Assembly (NCBI GenBank): GCA_977862235.1
Contig: OZ374563.1
Span: 1,550,001 to 1,614,000 of the forward strand
Source: Dudresnaya verticillata
Taxonomy: Eukaryota
Direction of reading: 5' to 3'
DNA length: 64,000 nt
Position 1 is the stretch's first letter; the number at the start of each line of letters is the position of its first letter. The notes under the pieces were generated by a model. It was not told the origin of the DNA, ran no database searches, and saw nothing but the letters and a program-made list of their open reading frames with translations. Shown here piece after piece: positions 14,322 through 25,945 of this stretch. The translations under genes and the position numbers were made by a program.

Positions 14322-14417
14322 CATATGTAACATCTGTTACATATGGTACAGACGTATGGGGCGCGCGCCCCCACGTTGCGCAACGCATTAAAACATGGTA
14401 TGGGTACAGTACTGTAC
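14322..14417. repeat. Cluster of four short palindromes/hairpins
   Basis: CATATGTAACA-TC-TGTTACATATG (14322-14345), GGGGCGCGCGCCCC (14358-14371), CGTTGCGCAACG (14374-14385), GTACAGTACTGTAC (14404-14417). Confidence 0.85.
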
Positions 14418-15019
14418 AATAAGGGTTGTCAATGGCATTGTCCCCGAGGCGATAAAAGGTGATGGCTGAGGATACTTTATTGCAGGATCATCAGAAAATT
14501 CAGCCTACGCTTGCCTTCCTGTGGCCTAGAGGCGAACGATCGTTGGAGCCAGTGTGGTACATTCTATTGGCTCTTGTCAAAAACGTTGACTAGATCACTC
14601 GCCTCGTGACGAATTAACGATTAAATCTTTGCCTTTTATTGTGTACACATTCTAATTCGGCCAAGTGTTCTCGCATTGGGAACACCTGCCTCTTATTGGC
14701 ACATCTCTTTTTGATATCATTTCATATCAAATCTGAGCGACAGTGGCCTCAAGAGCGCCCCGACGGGCGCTCATGGGCTCCTGTTGCCGTCGCACGCCCG
14801 CGCGCGCCGCGGTGCGGGATCTTTGACCCGCAGCCGCCCGCGGCCGAGCCAGCTCGTGCTCTGGCATGATCACCGAAGGCTTTATATCACCGCTCCGAGA
14901 CCGGCCGCCTCATCCGCCGACTAGGATTGCGTAGCTGTTCTTCCCTTTTCTATCGCGAACCGCGCCCGCTTTGCTCCTGCATATCGGCGGATTCTGTTAC
15001 TCTGCGTTGCACACCTTCC

Positions 15020-15990
15020 TTCCCCGCCCGCCCGCTTCGCTTCTTCCTGGCCGCTCGCTGCTGTTGACCTAGTAGGTACTCGCCGTGCCCGCCGGCCTGG
15101 CTCGCTTGCTCGCTCGCCCGCTTCACGCGATCGCGTCGCCGTGCTCCCTCTCTGCTTTTGACCTACTCGCCGCGCCCTCCCGACTGGCTACAGCCAGTGC
15201 CCTGCTCGTTCGCCCTCTCGCGTCGCCGTGGTCGCTTTTGCTGCTGTTACAATCCGTTCCGCACCTCTCCTCGCGCGACCGCCTTGCGTGGCCCGAATCG
15301 CTTCTGCTGAAGGCAACTGTGGTCGACGCACCGCCCCCGTTAGTTTGGCCCGCTTCTTCTCCTGGCTGGCTCCCTCACCCGCCGGCTTTTCATCGCCGTG
15401 TTCGCTCGCTGTTGCCCTACTCGCCGCGGCCGCTCGCCTAGCTCGCTTCCCCGCCCGCCCGCTTCACGCGATCGCGTCGCCTTGGCCGCTCGCTTCTGCG
15501 ACCTACTCTCTGAGCCCGCCCGCCCGCTTGTAGTCGCCTTGGTTGATCGCTGTTGCACTTCTCGCCGCGCCCGCTCGCCTGGCTACCTTGCTAGTCCGCT
15601 CGTCTCGCGTCGCCGTAGGCGCTTGTGCTGGTTTTATTCTGCGTTCCGCACCTTCCTACACCACCCGCCCGCCTCGCGTCGCCTGTATCTTTTCTGCTTC
15701 TGTGCTCTACTCGCCGCTCCCCTTCATCTGGCTCGCTTACTCCGCTGGTTGGCTCGTTTGCCCGCACGCTTCGCATCGCCCGTGTAGCTTCTGCCGCCAC
15801 ATGCTGTGCTCTACTCGCCGCGCCCGCTCGTCTGGCTCGCTTGCTCGCCTATCCGGCTCGCTCGCCCACCCGCTTCGCGTCGCCCTGGTCACTTTCTGCT
15901 GTTGAACTATTCGCCGTGCCCACTCGCCGGGCTGCCTCGCTCGCCCGCCCGCCCGCTTCACTCGATCGCGTCGCCCCGGTCTCTAGCTGC
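15020..15990. repeat. Degenerate pyrimidine-rich tandem array (~80-90 bp period)
   Basis: Recurring blocks CTCGCCGYGCCC...CTGGCT...CCCGCTTC(ACGCGAT)CGCGTCGCC, e.g. CCCGCTTCACGCGATCGCGTCGCC near 15117 and 15458 and a variant near 15952. Confidence 0.75.
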
Positions 15991-16005
15991 TATTTGGATA
16001 TCGAC

Positions 16006-18619
16006 ATGTCCAGGAACCCGTACCAGCAGGGGGATGGGGCTGGACCGAGCAACGTCCATGTTAATAGCGACGCTTTTGGAAACGATCATGGTCACGCGTA
16101 CGCTAACTAGTTTCATAACGGCTTCAGCCACGGCAGCGGTCGTGGAGCATATGTTGAGTTCTCAAGAGGAGGATATCGTGGAAGAACTAGCCACGGCCTG
16201 GGAAGGAGACACCGCATCCGCGATCGCCGATATGCTTACGGCAGACGTGACCAAGACCGGTCACTTGTGACAAGTATTGACGCTGAGAATCTCAGCGGTC
16301 GCCATGAGTGGAACCTGGAACCGTCTCAGACGAACAGCTACCGCGATCTTGTTCAAGGAAACACCAACGCGCGCACCGACATGGTTCTGTTCAAGAAGGC
16401 TTCCGAACAGGTCGGCGTACAGAAGTGCTTGAACGAGTTCTCGAAGTTCATGCGGGCTAAGCGTCTATTTGATGTGCCCACGACTCTTCGAACTGCACGG
16501 AAACATGCGCGGGAATCGAAAGAATGCTACTACCTCGAGGACATGGAGGAATATCTCAACATGGAGGCCATAGCGGGGGAGACACCCGGCTTCACTGTAA
16601 CCGACTTGGTGCCCCAAGATATTCCTATGCTTAAGCACTCGCTTGTGAAAAGGCACTTTCAAGCCTTCAGCAAGCGTCCGGGCTTCTTTCGGGAGCACTT
16701 CAACCGTAATAGGTACAGGCTATGGCTCCCACATGACAGCCCCGAGACGTCAATGCTGCCAATCGATGTGCTATCTGGGTGCTATCCCAAGGTCCAGAAC
16801 TGGGTTTGGGGTATCGAGCAGCCCTCCGCACTTCCTGTTTACACGCCACCAGTTTTGTACTACTTCTTTACGGAGCTGAGGGATGCTGTGCAGTGTGCAG
16901 AGAAAGTGGTTTCGGAATCAGGACCTCCGCTTTCGGAACGCTCACGAAGGCTTCTATTCGTACTTCAAATGGAGTACTATGTCATGTTCATGCTGGCTTG
17001 GTTTAATGAAGCTGTTTACGGTTCGAAGATGTTTGTCCTCACCCGAAACACAATTAAAGTTCTCGATGATAATCTTGGTGAAGTGCCTGACATCGGGGGT
17101 GTACCGGCAGCCGCCATTCTGAAGCTGATGCATGAGGCAGAGGCAATCCACAAGGACTGGCTCAATTGGATCGGATTTGTGAACGAGGAGACGGTCTTCA
17201 GCAAGTTTGTATGGGCCGTGAGTGGCCCCGGCTTTGAGCCTACAGTCGACCGCGTACGCGACTCTGGAACCACAACGTACTACAGTTACATCACCAGAAG
17301 AATCTGGACGGAGGAAGAGTATGAGACGGAGTTCTCCGAAGGTTATATCAATGACACCGTGGACAGTACAACTCTGGAAAGCAAGATGGACCGACACGAA
17401 ATCGACGCAATTCGCGGGCTTCGTCACCACTTCACTGCGTACTGGAACTTTTCAAACGGTGACCTCAGTGTACGTCAAGTGCTGGGGATCATGATGCAGG
17501 TCAACGCTAACAAACTTGCGATCGTAGAACAGAAAGCTAAAGAGCATAAGTGTGGGACACAGAAAGGGGTCGCAACAGGTTCTTTACGGTATCGTCGACA
17601 GAATGATGTACCCGAAGAAGCCCGCTCTGGACTATGGATCGTATCGTGAACACGACAGGGACGCTGGTTACAGTCGCCGAGTGTACACCACGGATCGTTA
17701 CGCCAATCAACTCGATTACGTGGGTCCTGAGTGTACACCACGGATCGTTACGCCAATCAACTCGATTACGTGGGTCCTAGCACTCGGGCAGCTGCCAACC
17801 AGTCAAGCTACCCATCATACGATTCCAACCCGTACGCTGGTGATATGGGAACTACTAGGGCTCCGCCGAGCAGGTATGCACGTCGCGAACGCGGTGAGGG
17901 TTTCAGAGGATATAGAACTTCAAGTCAAGGGTATCAAGATCCGAATGCCAGCGGAGGGCGAGGCGGTCACCACGCCCCTTTCAACGCCATGGCTCAGTCT
18001 GCTATCGGGGAAAGAGTCCATAAGCAGCCAATCCCTCCGTGGGAAGCAGCTATTCGAGAGCGTAGCACAGCGACCAGAGCACAACCTGCCGGCTCCGCTG
18101 AGCAGCTTCCTGTGCTTGACATTCGCGAAACGGATGCTCGAGGCACGCGTACACGTCCTGGAACTCCGCTGAGAAATGAAACGGGAACCCGCACGACCGG
18201 GCACTCCTATTCGGCGAATACAAAGTCCATTTCAACCCACTGGCAGAAGGCCGGCAGTGGGCATCCCCGTAATGACGATGCCTGGAAGCATTGCCAGCAA
18301 CTTAGAAGAACTCGCGGCAGGAAAGCGTCCTCTTCAGGGTGCGGCGAGCACAGTTAGGAATGAGGCGAACGCCGGACCGAGCAGTGATGCACGTAATGGC
18401 GTTGAGACCAGGAGCGGGGATTCAAGACCGAATATGATATCTCGCACGGAAGGGGCTGGAGACCATTCCGTGCGTGTGACACATGTGTGCCAGCAGACGT
18501 CGGAACCGAGCATAGCTATTACGGACCACGACGTCGCATCGAAAACCAACCCGGGCTCCAGCATCGTAATGGATAGGCATCCGCCAACAATGGACGCGGA
18601 AATGCGCGCGGTACTGTAG
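16006..18619 (+). pseudogene. Large orphan ORF, homologous to the Gypsy antisense accessory ORF
   Basis: ATG at 16006 is in frame with ORF 16267-17649 across one TAG (16108). Frameshifts near 17550-17780 and ~18200 lead into a low-complexity tail ending at 18619. Core aligns with 39371-39671 (minus). Confidence 0.65.
17679..17778. repeat. Perfect 50-bp tandem duplication causing a frameshift
   Basis: GAGTGTACACCACGGATCGTTACGCCAATCAACTCGATTACGTGGGTCCT at 17679 and 17729. Confidence 0.97.
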
Positions 18620-18859
18620 GGGTCTGCCCAGGTTGCATACGGTGGCCAGCGTAATGCCGGTTCCGGGCCTGCAAAGAGTTTGGGAAGTAAGGTCGGTGTA
18701 CCACAGAAGCATTGAGTAGTGCAGTTCATCAGAACTGAGAATCGCGTTGAATGAGTTGAAATGCGCGTAATCTATAGCACATTGTGCACCAGTAAACAAA
18801 AACCAAAAGAGCTTCCATCTGCCTGTGAAGGGTTGCAAAGTTCGAAAGGCGTCTCATCC

Positions 18860-19500
18860 TTACAAGCCGTCGATTACCCGCGGCGGATTCACAATGCGGA
18901 AAAGAAACGGAAAGGCGCAATGGTGCTCCACCTCGGCTTGTATTACTGCCTCAATTGCCGCCGGGTTTCGCTCCTGCCGAGGCCGAACTCGTACTCGATG
19001 GGGTCCCGTGTTTGCGCCTCGAGGAGGTGTTCCATGGAATGTTGCAACAAATATTCTCATCTGCTGCCATGTCCCTGAAGGCCCAGGACCTCCTTCTTGT
19101 TGAAACTCGAGTTTCAGCGATCGCTACTTGAGCTGCAGCTCAGGCATGCCAACGTCGCTTAGGAGCGTATGGTTGCACAAATCTATGCTACCACCTACTG
19201 CTTCCTTCGAGACCGCGTTGTCGCCTCCCATACAGTCCTGCTTTTCGCTAGCGAGTGTGAGCTCACATTTGGCGATCCCTGCGCAAAAGCTGTTTGCTTT
19301 GGAGCCTTAAACCGTCATCAGGAATGCATTTCAGCGGGCGAAGCTGTCGACAAAGTCGTCATCGTGACTTTTTTGATATCAAAGATATGTGCTGAAGAGT
19401 ACTCTTCCCCTGAACAGCTCGACCTCCTCCATGATTACCGCTGCAGGGGTAGTCGCGTCACCGCTGGACTTACTTAAACCACCCTTGGCGCGGCCTGCAC
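18860..19500 (-). pseudogene. Possible decayed ORF convergent with the 16 kb ORF
   Basis: One minus frame reads protein-like through four scattered stops to TAA at 18860. No domain recognised. Confidence 0.25.
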
Positions 19501-20247
19501 CTGGCGCCTGTCAAGTAAACGCAGTGGCCTGGGCTGTCGGTGAGCCATGGCACACCCGGTCCTATCACGCTGGTGTGCTGGTTTCGCGGCCGTAATTTTC
19601 ATCTGTCCACCTCCCGCTGCACTCGAAGGACCACTATCCCCGCACCTTCCCCACATGTGACCATTTCGTGTGTACCGTCCTGCTGTACAACACTACCAGC
19701 ACCAGAACCTCCTCTTCCTCCTGCTGCTCATGGTCCTGCACGCTTGCAGACCAGAACTAGTGCAGCTATCTAAGACAGCTGTCATCGCGGCGACTGCACG
19801 GGAAGACGTTTCTTCAGTCCTGCCTGCAAGTCTACTGCTGCCACAGCAGCAACAAACGCTGCATGGACAGTCTGGACTTTGATGCCAATGACGTCCAAGA
19901 AATGAGGAGTGGCGCGACGAAGGTGGCAACGGCCGGTGTCGATGCGAGGGCCATACCGATGCGCTTTTCGACAGCAAAACGCGAGCGAATGCAGCCGCAT
20001 CGACCCACTGGAGCAGAGAAAAAGTGGGGGAGACAACGCTGCCGAGCTATAGCTATAGCGGAAGGTACGATTATTCCTGATCAGGCTTCTCGCGAGCAAG
20101 CCACAGCAGTGCACCCATGGGTGAAAGTGGGCGATTAACGGCGCCGGTGTTTGCGGTGGCGGCGGTGAGGAGCCTAGGCTGAGAAACTCAAGCAGTCGCT
20201 GTATGCACTCAAACATGCTGGCCTCGCACGGGGTGTTGCTCTGGAGA

Positions 20248-20318
20248 CCGTGCGTGCACGCACGGCTGGATTCATAACTACCTCAATGCCATGGCATTGA
20301 GGTAGTTATGAATCCAGC
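20248..20318. repeat. Adjacent perfect palindromes of 18 bp and 54 bp
   Basis: CCGTGCGTGCACGCACGG (20248-20265) and GCTGGATTCATAACTACCTCAATGCCA|TGGCATTGAGGTAGTTATGAATCCAGC (20265-20318), neither with a spacer. Confidence 0.97.
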
Positions 20319-20962
20319 GCAGCGTGCCGGACACACCGGCCCGCAGCAGCAGCAGGAACAGGGTCTTCTAGATCTCACCCGCAACCATGGCCGTCTCGTG
20401 CTGCATCGGCACGCGCATGCGCGAGAGCGCGCAGCTCTCCGTCAACAAGAGGGCCGACTTGCGGCGCACGCGGCCCAATTGTTAACACCGAACACGCGCC
20501 GGGCGCGACGGCCACGCGCACGCGCGCTGCGAAGAAGAAGGCAGGACCGGCCACGAAGACGACGGGGACGACGATTGCGGCTGCGCGATGGGCGGCGGCG
20601 AGTGCGGCGCCGCGTAGTCGAGCGCGGCGTCGTCGAGCATACGCTCTTTCGGATGGGCGGCGAGCTGGCGCGGCTGAGCAGCGGATTGCAGCCAGAGATT
20701 TCACTGCAGTGCCTGCGGCAAACTATTTGCTACCCTCTTGCAATGTTGTTGATGAATTGGTAACGCAAAAGTGTCGCCTGTCGATTCCGTGGTACTGAAT
20801 TGTCAGAAAGAACATCTGGTGCCCTACAGCGCCAGTGGTGGTGTGCGTGAGCAGAACTGCTAATTGCATTTGGGCGACAGGCGCCGATGGGCCGGGCCAA
20901 ATGATAATATGGTTGAAAATATATGTCAAAATTATCGCAGATTTTAGGAAATGGCCTTGTAT

Positions 20963-21743
20963 TGTAGTGCAACCCTCCGAATGAGGGTCGCAACCAACAC
21001 AACCCACGAGTCCGAAGTGGGAGGGTAGCCGCGGTGACGCGTGTGAGCGCGTCGGTGCGTGGTAGGGTAGAGCAAGGGGAAGGCCCCAGTGTGCGGACTG
21101 TAAACACACACCAAAGCCGTGTGAGCACGCAGTGAGACAGAAGGTCGGGGCACCGGCACAAAAAGCGTGTGAACACGAAGGTAGAAAAGGTGTTAGCACC
21201 ACAGGCATACGTAGCCCAGCTCCGCGATGGCTTCACTCGCCAAGCGCACGGAGGTAGGGGTACCCTAAGTGTGGAGCCTAAGCTTGGTTGGGTTTACTGT
21301 AGGAGGTCGGTCCTAGCCCCTTAAGTCCCACCGCCGGCGGCGGCGCCACGGCGGTGGCGACTAGGGCTACTGTACACTAGCAAATAAACTAACACTAGAG
21401 TACAATAAACTAACACTACAGTAGCACAGTGTACCTACTGTACACCGACACCAGCACGCTGTAAGACTTGTAATGACGCGTGCTGTGCGCGTGTACACGC
21501 TTCACGCGTGTTGCGCGTGTGTTGCGCGCGCTTGCGTGACGGTGGCTGTAAGGCGGCGAGTGCGGCCCTGTAAAGGCGAAGGCGTGGGAAAGCCCCGGGT
21601 GCGGGGGCGGGCCCGCTATTGTGGTTGTCCACTGGCCAATGGGTGAGCCCAACTTGGCGGTGCGTGTCGCGGACGCGCGTGATCGCGTGCGCGAAAAAGG
21701 GGCCATCAACCCGCTCTGCGGGGAGCCCGGGCGTTGCTCCACA
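20963..21743 (-). mobile_element. Solo LTR with non-matching flanks
   Basis: TGTAGTGCAA...TTGCTCCACA termini. Shares GCGGACTGTAAAC with the LTR at 24266. Flanks TGTAT and GTGGG differ. Confidence 0.6.
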
Positions 21744-21744
21744 G

Positions 21745-21845
21745 TGGGATCGTCTGAGCCCTGTTTTCCTCGCAACTTTGGTGGAAAGCTTGCCTAGTCG
21801 TTGCGTAGATGTGGTGCGCAATAGAGGGGCAAGACGAAGTACTAG
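21745..21845 (+). pseudogene. C-terminal fragment of a Tc1-family transposase
   Basis: Reads WDRLSPVFLATLVESLPSRCVDVVRNRG-(frameshift)-KTKY*, the typical Tc1 C-terminus. Confidence 0.7.
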
Positions 21846-22405
21846 AACTGCGGTTAACGGAAGATGTAGCAGTTCGCGTCAAGTGCCCTAATCGGCTGTC
21901 GCACCCTTGAATAGTGTTACGTCCGATAACTTTAGAAGGGTTGCCCCAATAGCCCTTTTAATCAAGAATTTTTTCTGGTAAATGCCCCCGATGTTAGTGT
22001 GTGCACAAATCCGGGTTTTAATTACGCAGTGGCATTCTGCTAAATATACTGGTATTCCCCGATAACAGAAATAATAGTGGAGCCACCCGCAACGACCGTG
22101 TTATTTTTCTCGCTGTTTCCTGGTGGGAACACATCGAGCCAACACACAAGCGAAACCCGGAGAGGCGCTGACCCTAGCCCCCTCAGCAGCATACCCCCTC
22201 AGCAGCACTACCGATCCTGTTCACACCACGGGCCCTGTCTCAACATGGCACAGCCCCTAGCCCTTCCCCCAGCTATCCACCCCTCCCGCTGTTTCCAACC
22301 CCCCTCCGTGAAGGCAGGGTGCCCCGCTGGCACCCAGGAATGTAGTGTAAAACGTCTAGGACGGAAAAGCACGCCTGGGCAGTTCGCGAGTGATCGCGTG
22401 CACGT

Positions 22406-23760
22406 AACGGCAATGACGACACGCGACGTCGATGACGGTATGAAGCAGCACATTGCAGGTGACGCGATTAAGACGTCTACAACGGTGAGTTGTGGCTCGA
22501 CGAGGGCAACCGCGTGCACTTAAACGTCAATAACGATACAAAACGTCGATGACGATTCGAAGACGCCGTTGCGGGAGACCGCGAGCCTGAGCACGTCGAC
22601 GACGGCACCAAGTGTCACTGCACGGGTTACCGCGAGCCGGGAAAACGTCTATGACGGTATTGAGCTGGCATGTCGGGGTAATGCGCAAGCCGGGAAACGT
22701 CTGTGACGGTGTGCATCGGTGTGTTGCGAGTGAACGCGCAACGGCAGAACATCTGTGACGGTATTTTTCGGCATAGCACAGGGTTGTGCGAGCCATGCGC
22801 GAGCCGCGACCCGCGTACACCAAAACATCAATGACGATACGAAACGTCGATGACGACAGGAAACGGCACGTTGCGGATGCCCACGAGCCGGAGAACGTCG
22901 AAGACGGTGCTACATCGCACTAAGTGGCTGACCGCATGCACTAGAACGTCGATGACGATACGAAACGTCGAAGACGATACGAAGCTGCCTTTGCTTATGA
23001 CCACGGGGACCAAGTGCTGCAAAGCGTCAGTGACGGTATAAAGCGACGTTGCGTGGGCTTCACTGCGCAACTGCAGAGCAGGAAACGTCAATTACGGTAA
23101 AAACCAACATGTCGCCAATATCGGCGAAACTTCATTGACGGGATATCAAGGCAATAGGCCGGTTGCAGCAGAGCGGGAATCGTCGGTGATGGTGGAGAGC
23201 AGCATGGCACCGATATTCTCGTGGCATGAAACGTCCATGACGATAAGGAAACCACATGTGCCAGGCTTCTGTGTACCCGACGCCGACGACGATATACCGC
23301 AAGAGGGATCGGGTGATCACGAGTCTGCAATCGTCGATGACGGAAAACACAGTATGGCGTGAGTAGCCACGATCCAGGAATCGTCTTTGACGCGAAAATG
23401 CGTCATGAGACGGTTGGTCGCGTTCCAAGCGTCGATGACGGTATCAATCGCTTAAGCGAGATAGTGCGGCTGACTACGCATCGGTGATCGTCCATAACGG
23501 AAAAGGCAACATGGTCCACATGTCGTGGGTAACCATACGAATGAATCGTCTGTGACGGTGCAAAACGGCACGCCGGGCGTGGAACACGAAGTCGCGTGCA
23601 GAACGTCAACAACGATCAACAACCGAGTGGAGACCCCGGAGGGCCCGATTTCGATATTGTTCCAACGTCTCAAGACGGGTAAGTGTTAAACCGACTCTGT
23701 CGAACCGATAAATCGTCGAAGACGTATTGGTGCGTACTGCGGTCTTGAACGTCAACGACA
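22406..23760. repeat. Array of ~28 regularly spaced dyad motifs AACGTC-NNN-GACGRT
   Basis: Motif cores (some degenerate) at 22427, 22474, 22525, 22544, 22594, 22646, 22698, 22750, 22826, 22845, 22896, 22947, 22966, 23025, 23086, 23130, 23181, 23232, 23281, 23332, 23382, 23430, 23489, 23547, 23604, 23666, 23714, 23750. Confidence 0.88.
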
Positions 23761-24248
23761 TTTTTGGCGGGATGGGTGTCCGGAATCACAATATCCAGTG
23801 GATCCTCGGCCAAGCCGGCTTGAGCTCCGTCATCGACGCTCTATTGTTCGACTTGAACTTGAGCGCTCGGATGCACGGAGGGCAGACTAGCCAGAGGCGG
23901 AAGTATGGATGACCACACGTTCGGCAGGGGATATAACGATCCCCTGTTAGGCGAACGGTCGGAAACGTCGCGTATCGGCATAGCGGGGAGAGCCGAGGCA
24001 AACACGGGGCGGACACGGTATTCCAACTTCATCGTCATGCGTCTTGACCGTTCGAACGATGGCTCACTGCCAATCGTCGATGACGGGCGCCTTGAAGAGG
24101 ACCCAGGAGACAGTGGTGGTCGGGACGGACCCACGGTACACAGTATTCTCGAAAACGTAGAAAAAAGCCGTGCACGAGTAGCGAAACGCTTTGAAAGCGG
24201 TTGATCGGTCGTCACGCGACGTGGTAGTTCGTAGAAACGTAGCACCTT

Positions 24249-24264
24249 CTAGGTCGGGAGACCA
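24249..24264 (-). promoter_or_regulatory. Primer-binding site TGGTCTCCCGACCTAG
   Basis: Lies 1 nt after the LTR end ...GCACCACA on the minus strand. Identical to 28715-28730. Confidence 0.85.
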
Positions 24265-25389
24265 ATGTGGTGCAAAACGTCTAGGATGGAAAAGCACGCC
24301 CGGGCAGTTCGCGACCCGGCCGGTAGCACGTCAGAGACGGTAGGGGTGGTAGAGCATGGACAACGCCACAAGGCGGACTGTAAACGCCCTGGGCGGTAGG
24401 TAGGTCGAAACCAAAGAAACGAAACAAGACGGAAATGGAAACACGTCAACGAAGGTGTTGAACGTGGAGGGATGGAGGCACCGACGCTTTGCCTAACGGA
24501 AGCGGTGGCGACGCACACGCTAGCGGGAAGGGGCATTCGGCTACCAAGGCCAAAAAGGGGATACACACGTCCACGACGGAGTGGATGAGTGCGTGGTAGT
24601 CCGGCACGTAGCCCACGCTAATAGCGGTGATGTCCACTCTTGAGCACTGGGGGTGAAGAACTACCGAGCTTCTCGGGGGGAAAACAAAAGGGGATACACG
24701 TCAAAGACGGACATTGACGCGGAAGCGCGATCGTCGCAACGCGCAGCCAACGTCGGTAGCGGCAGTGACGCTAACGAGCGAAGGGGCGAAGTGCGAAGGC
24801 AGACCGGCTTGCCGGGGTTTACTGTGACGTCCTAGACGGGTTACCTAAGTATTACTACTGCTGCGTGGGCGAACGCGGTGGCGCTGCGGCGCGCGGGAAC
24901 TCAGGACACGTGTCGTTCCGTCGTGCGTCTGGCAAGCGCCCTCGGAATGCAGCCGCGCGCCTGACACATTTGCCCACACCACCGCGCGCGCCGCGCTATT
25001 GCTTACACCTACACGTGTTCACGCACCGCACTTACAGACTCTTGGTCCCATTGTCCTCCGCTGCCCTGTGACACGTGCCACGTGTGCAAGTATACGACGG
25101 GGCGCGGCAGCGTGACCCAGTAACTACACCTCACACGTTCTCTCAACCCGACATTGCCGTCACTATCCGCTGTAAGCGGGAGGTCTGGTTCTTGACCAAG
25201 TTGCCCGACAAAGTCGAATGACTAGCGCCATCGGCGGAAACAGGGATCACGAGCGGGTTCGCGCCTCGAGCTCGATCCCAGTCGCCAAAGGCGGTAAAAA
25301 CGTCAAAGACGGGAGGTATCGTCTGGGACGGTACAGAGCGCCAGTGGTGTGGGATAATTTGCACCATACTTCCACGATCAACCACCGTC

Positions 25390-25576
25390 GTTGACATGTT
25401 TCCTTTTTGTTCTCTTTTGTCCTTCCTTTCCGCCTCGGGCGTTTACAGTCCGCCCAAGGAGTGTCAACCGCTCTAACACAAGCCACCCTAGGCGAGGTCA
25501 CCCACCGCCACTGGCGTCGCTACCTACCGAACCCCGAACTGCTCGGCGGTGTTTCGTCCAGGCCGTTTGCACCACA
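25390..25576 (+). mobile_element. 3' portion of an LTR of the same broad family
   Basis: Contains GTTTACAGTCCGCCC and ends CGTTTGCACCACA, like 28712/43047 (CGTTTGCACGACA). No PBS follows. 5' boundary unclear. Confidence 0.6.
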
Positions 25577-25945
25577 GCATCGCCGGGCGCAAGAGACGGA
25601 AGATCGGATCAAAATAAGGAGCGGTGCGGGTGTGCACTAAGAGAGGTAGCGGAAGCCGCTGTGACGCTGCTGAAGTATGCAGCTGCTTGGGGCTTTCCGC
25701 GCGAAAACGCACCACGCTCGTAGGAATAGCGAGACGGACGCCGTCTATGGCACACCGTCGAGATTGGGACGGCGAACCACGTGATTTCTCACTATTGAGA
25801 ACCGTTGCAGACCGGGCGCCCGTGGTGGCGGTTACCAGTGAGCCGTTGGCCCAATGTCCCACTGGGATTTCAACCTCGCTCAGACGGGGCCAATTGAAAC
25901 AGCCTTGCTGGCTCCGCGGGTCTCTCAGACGTAATGAGAGGGCCG

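Larger units (their letters stand above)
22341..25128 (-). mobile_element. Internally deleted, non-coding LTR retroelement related to the 27876 Gypsy
   Basis: 5' LTR ~24266-25128 (right boundary tentative) shares blocks with LTR 27876-28712 and has the same PBS. 22341-22389 repeats the terminal ~49 bp of that LTR (3' LTR remnant). No gag/pol motifs between them. Confidence 0.7.

Noticed and set aside
14741..14772. Helitron 3' terminus
   Set aside because: A GC hairpin is present, but there is no CTRR terminus at the expected distance and no Rep/Hel remnant.
15085..15961. Overlapping Leu/Ala/Arg-rich ORFs
   Set aside because: By-products of the GC-rich, stop-poor tandem array.
20298..20306. 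TGAGGTAGT match to the let-7 5' end
   Set aside because: Only 9 nt, in a non-animal context, within a loopless perfect palindrome unlike a pre-miRNA.
22406..23760. True CRISPR array
   Set aside because: Repeats are only ~15 bp and degenerate, spacers show residual mutual similarity, no cas genes are present, and the context is a eukaryotic retroelement.
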